A stretch of 50,022 bases of DNA from a virus (taxonomy: Duplodnaviria; Caudoviricetes), in the IMG/VR virus record IMGVR_UViG_3300033067_000168, positions 1 to 50,022 of that record. One strand, given 5' to 3'. A program made the translations under genes and the position numbers. The notes beneath the pieces were generated by a model that saw nothing but the letters and a program-made list of their open reading frames with translations, was not told the origin of the DNA and ran no database searches. This document shows, one piece after another, positions 45,161 through 50,022 of this stretch (the stretch's first letter is position 1; every line of letters starts with the position of its first letter).

Positions 45161-45739
45161 ATGGTAACAAAAAAGTTTATTACGAAAGCCGGTGTAAGAA
45201 CTGGTAATATAATTTTAGATGCATCTAATGATAGCATCGTTGCCTCAAGTATTACTGCAACAACACGAGTATCTGCGGCAGAGCTAGTCACAACTAGAGT
45301 AGCTTCAAATATTATTCCCAAAACAAACGCTACATATGATTTGGGTAGCGTTGCAGAAAAATTTAAGGATCTACATTTAGCCGGTACTATTAACATAGCT
45401 ACTCAAACTATTACAGCAAACGTCACTGGTATACAAGTTTCCGGTGAGTTCACTGCTCAGTCAGCTAATATTGAAGACCTAAACGCAAACGTCATCACCG
45501 CAAATAGCCTAAATATTGACACTGTAACGGTTAATACGCAAATGGTAATAAATAGTAATATAGATGCAACATCCACGGATACAGGGTCGTTTATTACAGC
45601 AGGTGGCGTGGGAATTGCAAAAAACTTATATGTTGGCGGTGCTATTCATTTAGCTAATGGTCTCGGAGGAACATCTTCTAAGGGTATCATTAATTATAAT
45701 GACGGTGGTGACAGTATAGATTTTAATTTTAACGGATAA
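45161..45739 (+). CDS. Short fibre-like virion protein
   Basis: 192 aa; YDLGSVAEKFKDLHLAG and STDTGSFITAGGVGIAKNLYVGG fibre modules. Confidence 0.7.
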   Translation: MVTKKFITKAGVRTGNIILDASNDSIVASSITATTRVSAAELVTTRVASNIIPKTNATYDLGSVAEKFKDLHLAGTINIATQTITANVTGIQVSGEFTAQSANIEDLNANVITANSLNIDTVTVNTQMVINSNIDATSTDTGSFITAGGVGIAKNLYVGGAIHLANGLGGTSSKGIINYNDGGDSIDFNFNG

Positions 45740-45744
45740 ACTTT

Positions 45745-46599
45745 ATGGCAACAACAATCGGGGCAAGATTAGTTAATGATGGTACGCTGATTACAGCAGG
45801 GGAGTTTGATGAAACTGCCCTTTCCACTCATTCTATCAAGTCTGGCGGAATCTTTGCAGACGAGTTTGATGAAATCACATTACCTGCTGGTATCCCTTCA
45901 GGTGGTTCGATTGAGTTAAACGGGACATCTCAGTACATTACTGTATCGGGTGACGCTGACTTTGGTTTTGGAACAGGCGACTTTACAATCGAAGGCTGGT
46001 TCTTTATTAGAAGCACAGCACACATGAGATTATGGAATTGGACTGGAGGAGATACTTTAGAAGTGTTAGACGGTCAATTGTATTATTGGGATGGAACTGA
46101 TGAAAATGGTGTTATCGCATCAGGACAGAGTTCTATTCCTCAATTCCAATGGTTCCATGTAGCATTAGAAAAGCACAATGGTGTAGTAGATGTGTATGTA
46201 AACGGAGTTAGTCTTATCACTGACAACTCTCCTTACAATAGTATCGATAGTAGACCATTAGCAATTGGTGCAGCAATTAACACAGGTGCTGATCCATTAG
46301 ATGGATTCGTTACGAATTTTAGAATCGTTAAAGGTATTGCAGTATATCGTGGTGATTTTGACACCCCGTATGCTTCTCTATCTGACATTCAAGAAACTGT
46401 ACTTTTGTTAAAAGTAGCAAATCAAACAGATATGTTAGTTGATTCTTCGTCAACTAGCAAATCAGTAACTAGTCAAGGTTCAGCAACATATAGTGCGACA
46501 ACCCCATTCACGACCGTTTATAATGGTGCGATGAAACAATTAAGGTCAGGAACATTGCAAGTCGCAAATATCTTTGACGAAGTAACAACTATAAGTTAA
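45745..46599 (+). CDS. Virion protein with a LamG/concanavalin-A-like domain
   Basis: FGTGDFTIEGWF...QWFHVAL...VYVNG...GFVTNFRIVKG.AVY is the LamG-like pattern. Confidence 0.8.
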   Translation: MATTIGARLVNDGTLITAGEFDETALSTHSIKSGGIFADEFDEITLPAGIPSGGSIELNGTSQYITVSGDADFGFGTGDFTIEGWFFIRSTAHMRLWNWTGGDTLEVLDGQLYYWDGTDENGVIASGQSSIPQFQWFHVALEKHNGVVDVYVNGVSLITDNSPYNSIDSRPLAIGAAINTGADPLDGFVTNFRIVKGIAVYRGDFDTPYASLSDIQETVLLLKVANQTDMLVDSSSTSKSVTSQGSATYSATTPFTTVYNGAMKQLRSGTLQVANIFDEVTTIS

Positions 46600-46633
46600 T
46601 ACATTATAGAAAAACCAAAAGGAAATATAAAAA

Positions 46634-49600
46634 ATGGCAAAGCTAAAAGACTCTAGAGTTTACGGTAATCTCGACATTGATAGTGTATTAACCGTATCTA
46701 GCGACACAACTATCAACGGTAACTTGACTGTTACTGGTAACACAATCTACTCTTATGTAGACACAATGAAAATCACTGACCCGATCCTAGAAATGGGCGG
46801 AGCAGAATCTGGTGCATTAACCGGTGATGACAATAAAGACCGTGGTTCATTGCTACACTATTATGACGGTGCAGTAGTTGATGCGTTCATGGGTTGGGAT
46901 AACTCAGCAAGTGAATTCGCATTGGGTAGCAACGTTTCTGTAACCAATGAAGTAGTAACTTTCAACACATATGGTAACTTACGTGTTGGCACAATCTTCG
47001 GTAATGGTTCTGGTTTAACTAACATCCCAGGCGGTAACGTTGACGGTACAGTTGGTTATGCTAACATGTCATCATATGCTGGTATTGTTACTGGTGCAAC
47101 ACAGTCAAACATTACTACTGTTGGCACATTGACTAATGTTTCTACTAGCGGTAATATCACTGCTTCTGGTAATTTATCTGTTACAGGCGGAAGTACTTTA
47201 ACCGGTGACGTAGATATGTCAGGTAATGCTACTATCGACGGTGATTTGACAGTTGGTGGTACAATCTACGCTAACATTTCTGGTAACTTGACTGCTCCAG
47301 GTACTGACACTCAAGTATTGTTTAACGATGACGGTGGTGTTAACGCAGTTGCAGGTTTTACATTCAACAAGACAAATCAATCATTGACACTTGCAGGTAA
47401 CGTTTCTGGTGATACAATCATCGGTAACTTGTTCAGCGGCAACGGTGCTAATTTATCAAGTATTACCGGTGCAAACGTAACAGGTTACGTAGCTAATGCA
47501 ACTCATGCAAATATTGCCGATGCTGCAAACGTAGCTTACTCAATCGCTGGTGCAAACGTATCAGGTGAAGTTTCAGTAGCAAACACAGTTTCTAATGCAA
47601 CACAATCAAATATTACAGCAGTCGGTACATTGACTTCTTTGACTGTTTCTGGTAATATTTCTGGTCAAGCTAATCTAGCTATCACAAGTAATGCTACAGT
47701 CGGTGGCGACTTATCTGTTACAGGTGATATCTCAGGTGCTGACGGTACATTCTCTGGTACAATGCAAGTTACTGGCAATGCAAACGTAGGTAACTTAGGT
47801 ACTTCTGGATTAATTACTGCAACAGGTAACGTCACTGGTGGTAACTTGAATACTACTGGAACTGCAAATATCGGTAACTTAGAAATTTCAGGTAAGACAA
47901 CAGGTAACTTGATTCCATCAGCAAACGTTACATACGATTTGGGTAACTTAACTCATCGTTGGAACGATTTGTATCTAAGTGGTAACACTATCTATTTGGG
48001 AGACCAAACATTAGAAGCTAATGCAACTGCATTGTTTACTTCTGCTGATATCGGCGCAGGTAACATGCGTGTAACAAACAATACTTTCTCAGGTAATGTA
48101 TATGCTAACTCTGGTTTAGTAAAAGGTTCTACATTAGAAGGTACATTGACTGTTAATTCTAACGCACAACCAAACATCACATCTGTTGGTACTTTGGTTG
48201 ACTTAGATGTTACTGGCAACATTGCTGCTGGTGGCTTGTTAACAGACAACTTATATTATGCTAACGGCGTTGCATGGGACTTGCAACAAGCTGCTGGTGA
48301 TACAGGTCAAATCCAGTTCAACACTGGTGATAACTTTGATGCAAGCACAAACTTAACATATAGCACAACAGGTGACGGTACTTTGACCGCTGCTGGTAAT
48401 ATTTCTGCTGCCAAACTAACATCAACTGCTGACACATCAGTTGGTGCAAACTTGACTGTTGGAACTAACGCTACAGTTACTGGTGATATTTCTGGTGCTA
48501 AGATTACTGTTACAGGTGATGCAAATTCAGGTAACGTTTACACAACAAACGTAACCGCAACTGATACTGTTACTGCGGTAGATGTTGTGACTACTACAGT
48601 TACTGCTACTACTAGTGATATTTCTATCAATGCTGCTGGTACAAACGCAAACGTAGTATTAGCTCCTACAGGAACAGGTACAGTTGACGTTTCTAGCAAG
48701 CGCATTACTAGCGTTGGTTCTCCTTCTGCTGATGCAGACGCTGCAACTAAAGGTTATGTTGATTCTATTGCACAGGGCTTGTCAGTTAAGACTTCTGCTC
48801 ACGTTGCAACAACAACAGCACTTCCTGCGTACACTTATGATAATGGAACCGATGGCGTAGGCGCAACATTGACTGCTGATACTAATGGTGTATTGTCTAA
48901 CATTGACAATCATGGATTCAGTGTCGGTGATAGAATTCTTGTTAAAGATGAAGTAGGCGCAAACAAACCATATAACGGTGTGTACACTGTAACTAATTTG
49001 GGTACTGTAAGTGCTCCTTGGGTATTGACTCGTGCCGAAGACGTTGATGAAGTTACTGATTTCAAGGGTGCGTTTATTTTCGTAGCCGACGGTACAGTTA
49101 ACAAGAATACTGGTTGGGCTTTCTCTATTGCTTATGAATCATATTCTACTGTAGGTACAGACGATGCAGCCTTCACACAGTTCTCTGGTGCAGGTACATA
49201 CTCTGCTGATAACGGTTTAGAATTGACAGGCACTGTATTCAGTGCTGTCGTTGATGATTCAACAATCGAAGTTGGTGCAGGTAATGCATTACGTGTTAAG
49301 GATGGCTTGACATTAGTTACACCTAACATTGGTGCTGCTACTGGTACAAGTTTAGATTTATCAGGTGACGTAGATGTAGGTGGCAATCTTGCTGTTACAG
49401 GTAACGTTGACGCAAATAACTTCAACGGTACATTCTACGGTAGTTTCGTAGGTACAGTTGATGCGACAGTTGGCGCTGCTGGTGCTAACACTGAAATTCA
49501 GTTCAACGATGCTGGTAATATTGGTGCTAACTCAACCTTTACATTCAACAAAACTACTAGTACATTGTCAGTTGGTAATGTGAGTGCTACAGGTGACGTA

Positions 49601-50022
49601 TCAGGTAGTACGTTGACTGGTGCTTTGACAACTGCTGCTCAACCTAACATTACTAGTGTAGGTGAATTGACATCATTGACTGTTGCAGGTAACATTACTA
49701 CATCAGGAACTGCTGGTAATATCTCTGGTGCAAATTATGTTATTGCTAATTACTTCTCAGGTAATGGTTCAACATTGTCAAGCATCACTGGTAGTAATGT
49801 AGTAGGTGATGTATCCGGTGCAAACCACGCTAACGTTGCTGATTCTGCGAACTTAGTATTAGGAGCTAACGTATCTGGTGATGTATCTGGTGCAAACCAC
49901 GCAAACATTGCAGACGTAGCTAACGTGGCATACTCAGTAAACGGTGCAAACGTTAGTGGTACAGTTGCTACTGCAAACTATGTTGTTCAATCTAACCAAT
50001 CTAACATCACTCAAGTTGGTAC
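46634..50022 (+). CDS. Large fibre-like virion protein, partial; at least 1,129 aa
   Basis: Not in the ORF track (no stop in the window). AAGGA RBS then ATG 46634 (MAKLKDSRVYGNLDIDS...); repeated QSNIT/QPNIT modules, DAATKGYVD, and a GDRILVKDE...NGVYTV...WVLTRA domain. Confidence 0.85.
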   Translation, partial: MAKLKDSRVYGNLDIDSVLTVSSDTTINGNLTVTGNTIYSYVDTMKITDPILEMGGAESGALTGDDNKDRGSLLHYYDGAVVDAFMGWDNSASEFALGSNVSVTNEVVTFNTYGNLRVGTIFGNGSGLTNIPGGNVDGTVGYANMSSYAGIVTGATQSNITTVGTLTNVSTSGNITASGNLSVTGGSTLTGDVDMSGNATIDGDLTVGGTIYANISGNLTAPGTDTQVLFNDDGGVNAVAGFTFNKTNQSLTLAGNVSGDTIIGNLFSGNGANLSSITGANVTGYVANATHANIADAANVAYSIAGANVSGEVSVANTVSNATQSNITAVGTLTSLTVSGNISGQANLAITSNATVGGDLSVTGDISGADGTFSGTMQVTGNANVGNLGTSGLITATGNVTGGNLNTTGTANIGNLEISGKTTGNLIPSANVTYDLGNLTHRWNDLYLSGNTIYLGDQTLEANATALFTSADIGAGNMRVTNNTFSGNVYANSGLVKGSTLEGTLTVNSNAQPNITSVGTLVDLDVTGNIAAGGLLTDNLYYANGVAWDLQQAAGDTGQIQFNTGDNFDASTNLTYSTTGDGTLTAAGNISAAKLTSTADTSVGANLTVGTNATVTGDISGAKITVTGDANSGNVYTTNVTATDTVTAVDVVTTTVTATTSDISINAAGTNANVVLAPTGTGTVDVSSKRITSVGSPSADADAATKGYVDSIAQGLSVKTSAHVATTTALPAYTYDNGTDGVGATLTADTNGVLSNIDNHGFSVGDRILVKDEVGANKPYNGVYTVTNLGTVSAPWVLTRAEDVDEVTDFKGAFIFVADGTVNKNTGWAFSIAYESYSTVGTDDAAFTQFSGAGTYSADNGLELTGTVFSAVVDDSTIEVGAGNALRVKDGLTLVTPNIGAATGTSLDLSGDVDVGGNLAVTGNVDANNFNGTFYGSFVGTVDATVGAAGANTEIQFNDAGNIGANSTFTFNKTTSTLSVGNVSATGDVSGSTLTGALTTAAQPNITSVGELTSLTVAGNITTSGTAGNISGANYVIANYFSGNGSTLSSITGSNVVGDVSGANHANVADSANLVLGANVSGDVSGANHANIADVANVAYSVNGANVSGTVATANYVVQSNQSNITQVG

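Noticed and set aside
1-50022. Stop-codon reassignment, since no major gene here ends in TAG
   Set aside because: Genes are full length under code 11 with no in-frame TAG or TGA interruptions; TAA preference in an AT-rich genome is sufficient.
41403-50022. Diversity-generating retroelement acting on the fibre genes
   Set aside because: No reverse transcriptase in the window and no near-identical repeat pair differing only at adenines was seen.

Overview
This window is a gene-dense segment of a large tailed dsDNA phage with a T4-superfamily-like (myovirus) morphogenesis module, read in the standard genetic code. From left to right: (1) a minus-strand baseplate operon, containing a >4,800-codon ORF absent from the ORF track because it runs off the left edge, plus gp6-, gp25-, gp5-, hub-, gp53- and tube-initiator-like genes; (2) a plus-strand island of late sigma factor gp55, the gp47/gp46 (Mre11/Rad50) nuclease and a Holliday-junction resolvase; (3) a ~560-nt ORF-free, highly structured interval; (4) a gp26/gp51-like gene pair apparently joined by a programmed -1 frameshift and transcribed divergently from a tape-measure-like gene with a peptidase M15 domain; (5) the head module (portal, core proteins, protease, scaffold, major capsid); (6) two duplicated small-gene expression cassettes; (7) an array of paralogous fibre-like genes running off the right edge. 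The most notable observations are the candidate large multi-domain structured RNA with adjacent GCGAAGC hairpins (30419-30977), the T-TTT-TTC frameshift, and a TAAATA late-promoter motif that repeatedly sits 5-7 nt from a start codon, implying leaderless mRNAs. All product calls come from motif recognition and synteny by eye; no searches were run.
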